DNA of 64,000 nt. It comes from Bdellovibrionales bacterium (lineage in GTDB: Bacteria; Bdellovibrionota; Bdellovibrionia; Bdellovibrionales; UBA1609). Position 1 is the stretch's first letter. Each line of letters opens with the position of its first letter. The stretch covers positions 96,001-160,000 of the forward strand of contig DAHVQG010000004.1 in NCBI GenBank assembly GCA_027317865.1, read 5' to 3'. Below, in pieces: positions 39,064 to 48,360 of the stretch. The translations under genes and the position numbers were made by a program. The notes under the pieces are model-generated. The model did not search any database. It was not told the origin of the DNA and saw nothing but the letters and a program-made list of their open reading frames with translations.

Positions 39064-40175
39064 GTCAGTCTAATCTTTGGATCAAAATAGGTGTAGAGAA
39101 TATCGACAATAAAATTCGCTAAAATTAACATTGTGGCAAACACAAGCGTGACGCCAAGAACCATTGGGTAATCGCGATTGGTCACGCTCATTATGAAGTG
39201 CTTACCAATGCCGGGAATGTTAAAAATGTCTTCGACTACAAACGAACCCGAGAGAACGTACGCGGTGACGGGGCCAACGTAGGCCAAAACCGGAATGAGA
39301 GAATTTTTAAGCATATGCTTAAACAATATCGTTCGCTGTTTGAGGCCTTTGGCCTTGGCAGTTCGAACAAAATCCGATCGTGAGACTTCAAGAACACTTG
39401 ACCGCGTCAGACGAGCGATAACCGCGGCGGGTTGCATACCTAAAACTATAACAGGCAAAATATAAAAAGTGGTGCCATTCCACAACGCCACGGGCAGAAG
39501 ATTCCAGCCAAAACAAAAAATCGTAATGAGTATCGGCGCGGCTAAAAAACTGGGAATTGAAATAAACGAGGTAGCCGCGATCATGGTGACGTTGTCCTTC
39601 CAGGTGCCGTGATTGGCGGCCGCAAAAACTCCAGCTGGAATGCCCACCATTAATGCCAGAATCATCGCAAAAATCCCAAGCTGCATTGAAGCCGGTAAAC
39701 TCTCGGCAATAATGGATGAAACTTCACGACCAACGTAGGTATAGGAATAACCGAGATGACCAGTAGCAATTCCTTCGATGTAGCTAACATATTGCTTATA
39801 GATGGGCGCGTTTAAATCGTATTTCGCATCGATTGCCGCTTTCACCTGTGGCGGCAATGCTTTATTTTCATCAAATGGCCCGCCTGGGATGACCCGCAAC
39901 AAGAAAAATGTGATCGAAGCAATCGTGAAAATAACAAATAACGTCTGCATGAGACGTTTCAGAACATAGCCGGTCAATCCGTGAGTCGTTGCGTGAAAAA
40001 CAAGAAATACAATAACAAGAACAACGTCGCCGATAATGACACTGTTGGGGATTAAAAATCCGGCAAAGCTCCATATAGCGGTGAAGACAATTCCGGCGAG
40101 TGCCGCAATCGGCAAAATGATCCCGAGTTGGCGGATGACGGGATGACTCGCGCGACGTATGTCTTCGGCTGTCAC
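39060..40175 (-). CDS. oppB: Oligopeptide ABC transporter permease OppB (N-terminally extended)
   Basis: YVLKRL, PGGPF, RTAKAKGL, HMLKNSLIP and NRDYP. Confidence 0.92.
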   Translation of the reverse strand: MTAEDIRRASHPVIRQLGIILPIAALAGIVFTAIWSFAGFLIPNSVIIGDVVLVIVFLVFHATTHGLTGYVLKRLMQTLFVIFTIASITFFLLRVIPGGPFDENKALPPQVKAAIDAKYDLNAPIYKQYVSYIEGIATGHLGYSYTYVGREVSSIIAESLPASMQLGIFAMILALMVGIPAGVFAAANHGTWKDNVTMIAATSFISIPSFLAAPILITIFCFGWNLLPVALWNGTTFYILPVIVLGMQPAAVIARLTRSSVLEVSRSDFVRTAKAKGLKQRTILFKHMLKNSLIPVLAYVGPVTAYVLSGSFVVEDIFNIPGIGKHFIMSVTNRDYPMVLGVTLVFATMLILANFIVDILYTYFDPKIRLT

Positions 40176-41794
40176 TTCACAATCTCCATTTTCTGCGGAT
40201 AAAATTTCATAAGCGAATTCAACGGATAATTTTTGATTCGCGAACTCACGAGATACTGAGACCGGTAAAAGTAAATCGGCACGACAACAGAGTCTTTGTC
40301 GAGCAATAGCTCTTGTGCCTCGTCGTAAAGTTTTTGGCGCTTTTGTTCACTAAACACAGTCGCCGCTTCTCGAACGAGATGATCGTATTTTTTATTGGCC
40401 CAATTCGTGTCATTGTTGGCGTTATCTGACTCGAACAAATTCATAAACGTATTGGCGTCTGGATAATCCGCGATCCATCCGAATCGAAACATCGGATAAG
40501 CTTTCGCCTGCATTGTGCGAAGATACGTTTTCCATTCTTCATTGGTAAGTTCGACTTTGATGCCGAGATTGGTTTTCAATTGCTCCTGGATAATCTCCGC
40601 TATGCGTTCATGATTTTCATCCGTATTGAACGCAATTTTAAGCCGCGGAAATTTCGACCGGTCTTTGTATCCGGCCTCGTCGAGTAATTTTCGCGCTTTC
40701 GCCGGATCGTATTTCGGTCCGATATTCGGATTGTATCCCACGAGTCCCGGTGGAATGAGCGTCGTTGCGGGCATTTCACTTCCGCCCATAATTTTATTAA
40801 TTTGGTCGCGGTTAATGGCCATGTTAATCGCCTGGCGGACTTTCACATTATTAAGCGGCGGCATTTTCACGTTAAGGCCGAAATAATAAACGCCAAGTGT
40901 TGTAACAATTCGATATTGCGGCATCGTCCGCACCGTACGAATGTCATCGCTCGGAATTTCGTCAAGAGCATCGAGCTGGCCGCGATTAAACATGCTAAGC
41001 GCGGTCGATTGATCTTGAACGATAAGCCCCAAAATATATTTAATTTTTGGTTTACGGCCGAAATATCCGTCATTGCGTTGAAGCACGACGGCTTTGCCGT
41101 GATCCCACTTTATTAACTTGTACGCTCCCAGAGTTTGGATGTGACTCGGATCCGTCCAGTGATTTCCCCACTTTGCGATAATATCTTTGCGAATCGGAAA
41201 GGTGCACTCGTTACCCAAAATCGCGGGGAAGAAACTTTCGGGCCGCGCAAGATTGACGACAAGTTCACCTTTTTTGTTGAGTCTGACGCCCACTTTACTG
41301 AAATTTTTAATTTTGCCTTCGAAATAGGCTTTGGCGTTTTTAATTATAAACAAATAATTTGCGTACAAAGCAGCCGTTTTGGGGTTTAGCAATCGCTGCC
41401 AGCTATCAATGATTTGTTGGCCGGTAAATGGAACGCCGTCCGTCCATTTAACATCTTGCCGCAACGTGAACGTCCAAGTTTTCATGTGGTTGGACGACCG
41501 CCAAGAAGCCGCCAAATCAGGCAATACTTGAACTTTACCGTTTTTGAATCCGTAACGAACAAGCCCGTCCATCATCGCATCGGCAATGCGGGAAGAAGTC
41601 GTGTCACTCATTAACGTCCAGTCAAGAGTCGGCGGCTCGGTTATGATGTTCCAACGCAGGGTTTGGTTCAACGGCAGGCCGTAGTCCACCTGGTTTCTGC
41701 GCGTACACGCGGTGATGAAAAAAGCATTGATGATTAAAAACGTGCCGGCCAACAAAGCGGCCGACCGTGCAGATACACGTTGAAAACGGCTCAT
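40172..41794 (-). CDS. oppA: Oligopeptide ABC transporter substrate-binding lipoprotein
   Basis: Lipobox ITAC, EPPTLD, TWTFTLR...WTDG, GAYKL..W and GWIADYPD. Confidence 0.92.
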   Translation of the reverse strand: MSRFQRVSARSAALLAGTFLIINAFFITACTRRNQVDYGLPLNQTLRWNIITEPPTLDWTLMSDTTSSRIADAMMDGLVRYGFKNGKVQVLPDLAASWRSSNHMKTWTFTLRQDVKWTDGVPFTGQQIIDSWQRLLNPKTAALYANYLFIIKNAKAYFEGKIKNFSKVGVRLNKKGELVVNLARPESFFPAILGNECTFPIRKDIIAKWGNHWTDPSHIQTLGAYKLIKWDHGKAVVLQRNDGYFGRKPKIKYILGLIVQDQSTALSMFNRGQLDALDEIPSDDIRTVRTMPQYRIVTTLGVYYFGLNVKMPPLNNVKVRQAINMAINRDQINKIMGGSEMPATTLIPPGLVGYNPNIGPKYDPAKARKLLDEAGYKDRSKFPRLKIAFNTDENHERIAEIIQEQLKTNLGIKVELTNEEWKTYLRTMQAKAYPMFRFGWIADYPDANTFMNLFESDNANNDTNWANKKYDHLVREAATVFSEQKRQKLYDEAQELLLDKDSVVVPIYFYRSQYLVSSRIKNYPLNSLMKFYPQKMEIVK

Positions 41795-41865
41795 TTTACC
41801 CTCCCCCGGTCCTCATTCGTCGGCAATTTTGCCATCGATGTCAATTGTTTTACCTTAAAATATGC

Positions 41866-44385
41866 TCATTCGATACTTTGCCAATTTTCGCGCGGCGACG
41901 GTTTTCGATCGATTTTGACAGGAATGGTGCTGGTCAGCCAAACGGGGCCTACGACGCTATTTTTTCGGGTTTGGCGCGTGTTATGATAGATCTCTGAATA
42001 TAAGATGTAGTTGCGTACGACTTTTTTGACATATTCTCGCGTCTCGACAAACGGAATATGCTCGACAAATTCATCCATATCGAGATTGCCGAACGAGTGT
42101 AGCCACGAATACACGCGCTGTGGCCCTGCATTGTAAGCGGCAGCGACAAGCGGCACGTATCCGTCAAACTGCTTTAAAAGTCGCGCCAAATAGCGCGTAC
42201 CAAGCTCAATGTTATTTTGCGGTTCGATAAGCTGTGCCGCGCTGATCGGCGGATGATGCATTAACTTTTCTAGTTGTTCGGCGGTATAAGGCATCAATTG
42301 AACAAGCCCGCGGGCGCCAACGGCTGAAATCGCATTCGGATTAAATCGGCTTTCGGCCCGCATAATCGCCCATACCATCTGCTCCGGCACTCCAAACCTT
42401 TTGCAATTCTTTTTCACGAATTTCGCATAGGCTCTTGGAAAGGCAAACTGCCAAATGCCCCGTGCCCCGCTCAATCCGCCAACTTGCCGTTCATGTTCAA
42501 AAATACCGTCTTGCGCTATATCAACGGCGCGACCATACGAACCCGCTTCTACATAAGCCGCCATTAGCATATGTAAATATGTTTTATTTCGCGTCCGCCG
42601 TTCGATATCAAACAGTTCGCCATTGGCCCAATCAGATAAACCAAGTTTCATCAGTTCGCTGGCACGTGTAAAACGAAGCCGCAATTTCGGGTCTTTAAAG
42701 GTGCTCACTTGGATGGGCTCACCATTTATATCGACATTGTCGCCGCTGCCGCTCCCATCATTTTCCGAGTTCGCACTGCCATTTGCGTTGGTATCGTCAC
42801 TATCGTCTAACCCTGCTCCCGGCGATAAATCGGGATCATCAGGTGAACTGTTTGCAGCAACTGTTGCCGTCGGGTCACCGGTAATATTCGTTTGCGGCGT
42901 CGGCGCGGATTGCGCTCCTGCAGGTGATTGAGGGGTTTGGGCCAATATTTGTTTGGCCGAAGGCTTCTGCCCGGCAATTTGTGATAAACGTTTTTTGGCT
43001 AGAAAGCTATAGTAGGTCAGACCTGGCTCTTTAGCTAATTGTGAAAATAAAGTGCGGGCTTGGCGGTATTTTTTCTGCCGAAAAAATGACATGGCCAGCC
43101 AGTACCGCGTCCGTTCGTCGCGATACGGATAGCGCACCCACCAATGTTTACGGTGATGCCACCAACTCCAGTAAACAATGCGCTTTTGATAAAGCGCGCG
43201 AAAGGCGTCCTCGGCGCTTTTGTAATGGCCTTTTAAATAATCGATCCATGCCAGCTGCCAGCGCGCTTGTTGGGCGAAATAGGAACCAGGTTCGTGTCGA
43301 ATTATGCTCATGAACCGTTGATCAGCGCCATCATAATCTTGAATTTGGTAGCTCAAATAGGCGGCGCTAAAGTCAGCCCACCGCCCCTCGCTTGAATAGG
43401 GACTGAGCCGGTATGCTTTATCAAATGCCCCGATGGCCGACTGAAATTCGTCGGCTTGTGCCGCGACTCTGCCCAATTGTTCTTGATATTTTAAATTATA
43501 TTTCTTTTGCGCGTAATACTTCACAAGAATTTGGAGCGCTTCGTAGGGATATCCCTGCATTTCATAATACTGAACTAAAAGCATATTGGCCCGTATTTTA
43601 GCTTGCGGGCTGCCAGTTGCATCCGCTTCGGCACGCAATTTGTCTATTTCGCGCTTCGCTTTGTCAGCATGGCCCGCAAGTTGCAGCCGCTCCATCCGCG
43701 TCTCGATGTCTCGTTGCGACGGCGGACAACCGACTTTCATATTGTCCAACTTGTCTTCAACAAGATCGACCCCCCAAGATGCAATTTGCGGATGGGCGGG
43801 GAATCGCGCATACAATTCGCGCGCCCATCGGCATGCGAAATATCGTCGATTCTCTTTTAGTTCCACCTTTAAGAGCGTCACTAATATGTCCGGATATTTT
43901 GGAGAAAATCGCGACCGCCACTGTAAGAACCGCAGATTGTAAAGCGCCGGGCGGAACTGTCCTAATTTAAGCTCAAGTTTACTCATAGAAAAGCGCGCTT
44001 CAATACTGACGTTGCGATTCGGTTTTTCATTCAATGTATTTTGCAAGTCTTCAAGAGCCGCTTGCATATTTTTGCGGCTCTTTGCTTTGCCGTCGTGATC
44101 TTCCGCCTCGGCCATCTTCTCATATATTTCAGCGGACAAAATCGAGCCGCCTTTCAAAGCCGTGTTAAAATCGGTTTTGGCGGCGGCCCAATTCTTGGCC
44201 TTTAATGCTTTTAAACCCAGCGCAAAATTTTGAACGGATTTGTTTTGGACTGATTTATTTTGGGCCCTTTGCTGTTGAAGCGTTTTACTCGGCGCTTGTT
44301 TTGGATTCGCATAGGCCGACGCCGCCGCAATTAAGAGTAGTGACCACAGCAAAACAATAGGTTGCTTAAACGGCGCGAAACGCAT
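41866..44385 (-). CDS. slt: Soluble lytic murein transglycosylase with TPR-like superhelix
   Basis: AIMRAESRF, GARGLVQLMP, AAYNAG and IPFVETREYVKKV. ATG 44385 has a GGGAGG RBS and a signal peptide. Confidence 0.9.
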   Translation of the reverse strand: MRFAPFKQPIVLLWSLLLIAAASAYANPKQAPSKTLQQQRAQNKSVQNKSVQNFALGLKALKAKNWAAAKTDFNTALKGGSILSAEIYEKMAEAEDHDGKAKSRKNMQAALEDLQNTLNEKPNRNVSIEARFSMSKLELKLGQFRPALYNLRFLQWRSRFSPKYPDILVTLLKVELKENRRYFACRWARELYARFPAHPQIASWGVDLVEDKLDNMKVGCPPSQRDIETRMERLQLAGHADKAKREIDKLRAEADATGSPQAKIRANMLLVQYYEMQGYPYEALQILVKYYAQKKYNLKYQEQLGRVAAQADEFQSAIGAFDKAYRLSPYSSEGRWADFSAAYLSYQIQDYDGADQRFMSIIRHEPGSYFAQQARWQLAWIDYLKGHYKSAEDAFRALYQKRIVYWSWWHHRKHWWVRYPYRDERTRYWLAMSFFRQKKYRQARTLFSQLAKEPGLTYYSFLAKKRLSQIAGQKPSAKQILAQTPQSPAGAQSAPTPQTNITGDPTATVAANSSPDDPDLSPGAGLDDSDDTNANGSANSENDGSGSGDNVDINGEPIQVSTFKDPKLRLRFTRASELMKLGLSDWANGELFDIERRTRNKTYLHMLMAAYVEAGSYGRAVDIAQDGIFEHERQVGGLSGARGIWQFAFPRAYAKFVKKNCKRFGVPEQMVWAIMRAESRFNPNAISAVGARGLVQLMPYTAEQLEKLMHHPPISAAQLIEPQNNIELGTRYLARLLKQFDGYVPLVAAAYNAGPQRVYSWLHSFGNLDMDEFVEHIPFVETREYVKKVVRNYILYSEIYHNTRQTRKNSVVGPVWLTSTIPVKIDRKPSPRENWQSIE

Positions 44386-44457
44386 GGGCAAATCGCCTCC
44401 CTTACGGTATGCGCAATAGGTAAAAAAAAATTTTAGGCGATGTGGGGCCATTAAACA

Positions 44458-45852
44458 ATGAAAACAAAGTCCATTTTTGTGTGTCAAAATTGCGGCGCCG
44501 AACGGCCCAAGTGGGAGGGTCAATGTCGCGACTGCGGCGCATGGAATTCATTAGTCGAAGAAACTGTCACAAATGCTCCCAAAGGAGCGAGATCGTGGTC
44601 CGTTGGTTCGTCTGCTGGCAATACTTCAGACACCCGCATCGCCGCTTTGCAGCTGGACTCCGTCATTGAAATTAAAGACTCCCGACGATGGTCAACCGGC
44701 ATGAAAGAACTGGACCGTGTTTTAGGGAGCGGACTCGTACCCGGAAGTTATGTGTTACTCGGCGGCGATCCAGGAATTGGCAAAAGCACGCTGCTTATGC
44801 AAATGGCCGGACAATTGGCGCGCGAAGACCGGCGTGTTTTGTACGTTTCGGGCGAAGAAAGTGTGGAGCAAACCGCGCTGCGCGCGCAACGCCTGGGAGT
44901 TCGCACTGCGCAGGTTAAAGTTGCGAGCGAAAGCCGTTTAACTAATATTTTGAATTTGGTGGACAAAGAAAAACCGAACGTGTTGATTGTCGATTCGATT
45001 CAAACGATTTATGTGGAAGAAATTCCATCGGCGCCTGGTACAGTCTCACAAGTGCGCGAATGCGCAGGCCGTTTAATGGCTGTGGCGAAAAGTCAAAACG
45101 TTGCGGTTTTTTTGGTCGGACACATCACAAAAGACGGCTCAATCGCCGGCCCGAAAACCCTCGAACATATGGTCGATACGGTTCTGTCTTTTGAGGGCGA
45201 TGCAAACTATCAATACCGGCTTTTGCGCGCGCAAAAAAATCGTTTTGGCCCGACAAATGAGCTTGGCGTTTTTCAAATGGCAAGCGAAGGACTTATCGAA
45301 GTTGAAAATCCCTCCGAAATGTTTTTGGCCGAACGTGGTAAAAGTCTAATCGGCTCAACTGTTTTTGCGGCAATCGAAGGTTCGAGACCTCTTCTGTGCG
45401 AAGTGCAAGCTCTCACCTCTTCAACTTACATGGCGACCCCACGGCGGACAGCGATCGGTGTCGACGTCAACCGCGTTCACCTGCTTGCCGCCGTACTTGA
45501 TAAACACCTCGACCGCGATTTTTCTCGTAACGACGTATTCGTCAACGTCGTAGGAGGGCTACGACTCACTGAACCGGCCGCAGACCTCGCGATTGCCGCG
45601 GCGATGCTTTCAACGTTAGGTTCAAAGCCACTCCCCGCGAATACGGCGCTATTTGGAGAAATCGGCCTGACCGGCGAAGTGCGGGCCGTCACCTTCGCTG
45701 CCGAACGTTTGCGCGAAGCCGAAAAATTGGGTTTTCAATCGGTGATTCTGCCGAAAAACTGCGAGCGCTTAATTAAAGCAAATCACGCAAAAACGCTCAC
45801 AACTAAAATGAATTTACGTTTTATCCGGCACGTGGACGAGCTAGTGAATTAA
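44458..45852 (+). CDS. radA: DNA repair protein RadA/Sms
   Basis: CQNCG..CRDC zinc finger, GDPGIGKST, KNRFG and a Lon-like C-terminus. Confidence 0.97.
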   Translation: MKTKSIFVCQNCGAERPKWEGQCRDCGAWNSLVEETVTNAPKGARSWSVGSSAGNTSDTRIAALQLDSVIEIKDSRRWSTGMKELDRVLGSGLVPGSYVLLGGDPGIGKSTLLMQMAGQLAREDRRVLYVSGEESVEQTALRAQRLGVRTAQVKVASESRLTNILNLVDKEKPNVLIVDSIQTIYVEEIPSAPGTVSQVRECAGRLMAVAKSQNVAVFLVGHITKDGSIAGPKTLEHMVDTVLSFEGDANYQYRLLRAQKNRFGPTNELGVFQMASEGLIEVENPSEMFLAERGKSLIGSTVFAAIEGSRPLLCEVQALTSSTYMATPRRTAIGVDVNRVHLLAAVLDKHLDRDFSRNDVFVNVVGGLRLTEPAADLAIAAAMLSTLGSKPLPANTALFGEIGLTGEVRAVTFAAERLREAEKLGFQSVILPKNCERLIKANHAKTLTTKMNLRFIRHVDELVN

Positions 45853-45997
45853 TACGCCACCTCGAATTCAAGCCAAGCTCACGATAAGGCCCTAATTCCG
45901 CATATAAGAAAATGTTTGAGCATTGTGGCCGAATCACGAAAAAATTTCTCGAAAGCAAAAACCTGCGGCACAATTTATTGTTTAACAGTAGCCACCT

Positions 45998-46101
45998 ATA
46001 GATTGTTTATGCCATAAATCTGTTCGGGTTACCATATTGCCAATACGGTGTTGGCTATGGTTTTGGGGTCGACGTTTCGCGAGCGTTCGGCCTTTTTTTT
46101 T
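45998..46101 (+). ncRNA. Candidate structured small RNA (three consecutive hairpins)
   Basis: Hairpins at 45998-46023, 46031-46061 and 46067-46092 plus T9, in a 276-bp convergent intergenic region. Confidence 0.4.
46067..46101 (+). terminator. Intrinsic terminator
   Basis: GGTCGACGTT..AGCGTTCGGCC stem followed by nine T. Confidence 0.7.
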
Positions 46102-46128
46102 GGGGAGTTGGGGCCGCGCCGGCAGCAG

Positions 46129-47628
46129 TTACAAGGCCCCACGCGCCCGATCAATTGCGCGGTGCCATTGATCAACTCGCTTTGCCTGCTCTTTTTTCAA
46201 CATTTTCGGTTCAAAACGCTGATCGAGATGCCATGCTGATTTTAAATCGTTTTTGTTCTTCCACAAACCAACGCCGAGGCCCGCAAGAAAGGCGGCGCCA
46301 ATAGCTGTCGTTTCGATCATGCGCGGCCGTTCAATCGCCTGCCCCAAATAATCGGCTTGCAACTGCATCAATAAATTATTGGCGGTCGCCCCGCCATCGA
46401 CTCGCAATGAGCGCAGTTTGTGACCTAAATCTTTTTGCATCGCACGCAAAATGTCGAGGTTTTGCATGGCCATGGCGTCGAGAGTGGCCCGCGCAAGATG
46501 AGCGCTCGTCGAACCGCGCGTAAGACCAGTAATAATTCCTCGCGCTTCGGGGTCCCAATATGGAGCACCGAGCCCCGTGAGAGCCGGTACAAAATCCACC
46601 CCAGCCGAATCCGAAACTTGGCGCGCAAGATCTTCGATTTCCGAGCTGCGGGTGATGAGTTTTAATCCGTCGCGTAGCCATTGTACGGCGGCTCCGCAGA
46701 TAAACGCCCCACCCTCAAGCGCATAAGTCATTTTTGTTTCGCCTTGCAGACGCCAAGCGATCGTCGTGAGAATGCCCGACTTCGACGCGACTCGTTTCGC
46801 GCCGGTATTCATGAGCAAAAAACTGCCTGTTCCAAACGTGCATTTCGCGTCGCCGCTGCCAAAACAAGTCTGGCCAAAAAGCGCCGCCTGTTGATCTCCA
46901 GCCATTCCCGCGATCGGAATGCCGTCAGGTAAACCGGGGACCGATTTGGTTTTGGCAATCTCGCCGGATGAATTCACAATTTCAGGTAGCAACGCACGCG
47001 GCACGCCGCCAAAAAGTTTCAAAAGTTCGTCGTCCCATTCACCGGTTTCAATATTCATGAGTTGCGTGCGAGACGCATTTGAAACATCGGTTACGTGTTT
47101 TTTGCCGCCTGACAAACGCCAAACCAAAAACGAATCGATCGTGCCGGCGGCAAGCTCGCCTCGTCGTGCACGCGCCTCTGCACCATCGACGTTTTTAAGA
47201 AGCCAACGGATTTTACTCGCAGAAAAATACGGATCGATGACGAGACCTGTTTTTTTCGCGATTTTTTTAGCTTGACCGGCCTTTTTTAGCTTTTCACAAA
47301 AATCAGTGGTGCGCCGGCATTGCCAAACAATGGCATTATGAACCGGTCGGTTCGTTTCACGACTCCATATCGTTACTGTTTCGCGCTGATTGGTAATACC
47401 GATCGCGGCAATATCATGCGGATTGACCCCCGCTTTCGCTATAACGAGACCGATCGTCTCAGTAACAGATTGCCAAATGTCTTCGGGATCGTGTTCAACC
47501 CACCCCGGCTTTGGAAATATCTGCGGAAACTCTTTATTCACCTTGGCGACCGCAAAACCACCGTGATCGATTAACATCGACGTCGTGCCGGTTGTACCTT
47601 GGTCGATCGCTAGGATATATTGGGACAT
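46129..47628 (-). CDS. glpK: Glycerol kinase
   Basis: DQGTTG, GITNQRET, WQCRRT, TDVSNASRT, GDQQAALFG and GLGAPYW. Confidence 0.97.
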   Translation of the reverse strand: MSQYILAIDQGTTGTTSMLIDHGGFAVAKVNKEFPQIFPKPGWVEHDPEDIWQSVTETIGLVIAKAGVNPHDIAAIGITNQRETVTIWSRETNRPVHNAIVWQCRRTTDFCEKLKKAGQAKKIAKKTGLVIDPYFSASKIRWLLKNVDGAEARARRGELAAGTIDSFLVWRLSGGKKHVTDVSNASRTQLMNIETGEWDDELLKLFGGVPRALLPEIVNSSGEIAKTKSVPGLPDGIPIAGMAGDQQAALFGQTCFGSGDAKCTFGTGSFLLMNTGAKRVASKSGILTTIAWRLQGETKMTYALEGGAFICGAAVQWLRDGLKLITRSSEIEDLARQVSDSAGVDFVPALTGLGAPYWDPEARGIITGLTRGSTSAHLARATLDAMAMQNLDILRAMQKDLGHKLRSLRVDGGATANNLLMQLQADYLGQAIERPRMIETTAIGAAFLAGLGVGLWKNKNDLKSAWHLDQRFEPKMLKKEQAKRVDQWHRAIDRARGAL

Positions 47629-47629
47629 A

Positions 47630-48352
47630 ATGGACTCCGTTGAAAAACTCGTATTTCAAAAAATGCCGCGCTTTCTACTCGAAATTATGCGGAAATACTT
47701 TCGCGTGCAAGTAGAGGGGCTAGAGCATTTGCCCCGAACGGGTCCGTTCATCGTCGCGCCCAACCATTCTGGTTTTTCGGGTCTCGATGCCATGATTTTG
47801 ATGCACGAAATTCACCGCTCGACGGGGCGACTCCCGAAAGTTCTCGCGCACCGCTTTTGGTTTCTGACCAAAGCGACGGCCGTGCCGGCTAAGCGGCTCG
47901 GTTTCGTTCAAGCTTCGATGTCGAACGGCGTTCGGGAACTTAAGAAAAATCATATCATCATCATCTTCCCCGAAGGCGAACAAGGCAACTTCAAACCGAC
48001 CAGCCGAGCCTATCAACTCCAAGAGTTTAAACGCGGCTTTGTGCGTATGGCCGTACAAACCGGCGCACCAATTATTCCAACTATGATCATTGGTGCCGAA
48101 GAAACGAGCATTAACCTGGATCAGCTCAAACTACCGCGAGTTTTAAAAGGAGCTATATTGCCGCTCCCGCTCAACTTGCTGCCGCTCCCCGCAAAATGGA
48201 AGATTAAATTTTTGCCGCCAATTGTACTACCCTACAAGGTAGAATCGGCACGCGACAATGATCTCATGCACGAGATCGCCGAAGATATTCAGGACCAAGT
48301 ACAAGACCACCTGCGCGCCGAGGTGCGCGCGCGCAAGTCTATTTTTCGATGA
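47630..48352 (+). CDS. Lysophospholipid/PlsC-type acyltransferase
   Basis: NHSGFSGLD and FPEG motifs; start at 47630 or 47663. Confidence 0.85.
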   Translation: MDSVEKLVFQKMPRFLLEIMRKYFRVQVEGLEHLPRTGPFIVAPNHSGFSGLDAMILMHEIHRSTGRLPKVLAHRFWFLTKATAVPAKRLGFVQASMSNGVRELKKNHIIIIFPEGEQGNFKPTSRAYQLQEFKRGFVRMAVQTGAPIIPTMIIGAEETSINLDQLKLPRVLKGAILPLPLNLLPLPAKWKIKFLPPIVLPYKVESARDNDLMHEIAEDIQDQVQDHLRAEVRARKSIFR

Positions 48353-48360
48353 CGGCAAGC

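Noticed and set aside
44386-44523. N-terminal extension of slt in the ORF track, overlapping radA
   Set aside because: The RBS and signal peptide point to ATG 44385.
45965-45982. Sigma54-like CGGCACAATTTATTGTT upstream of the second candidate sRNA
   Set aside because: The GG-N10-GC spacing fails (TG at the -13/-12 position), and sigma54 spacing is rigid.
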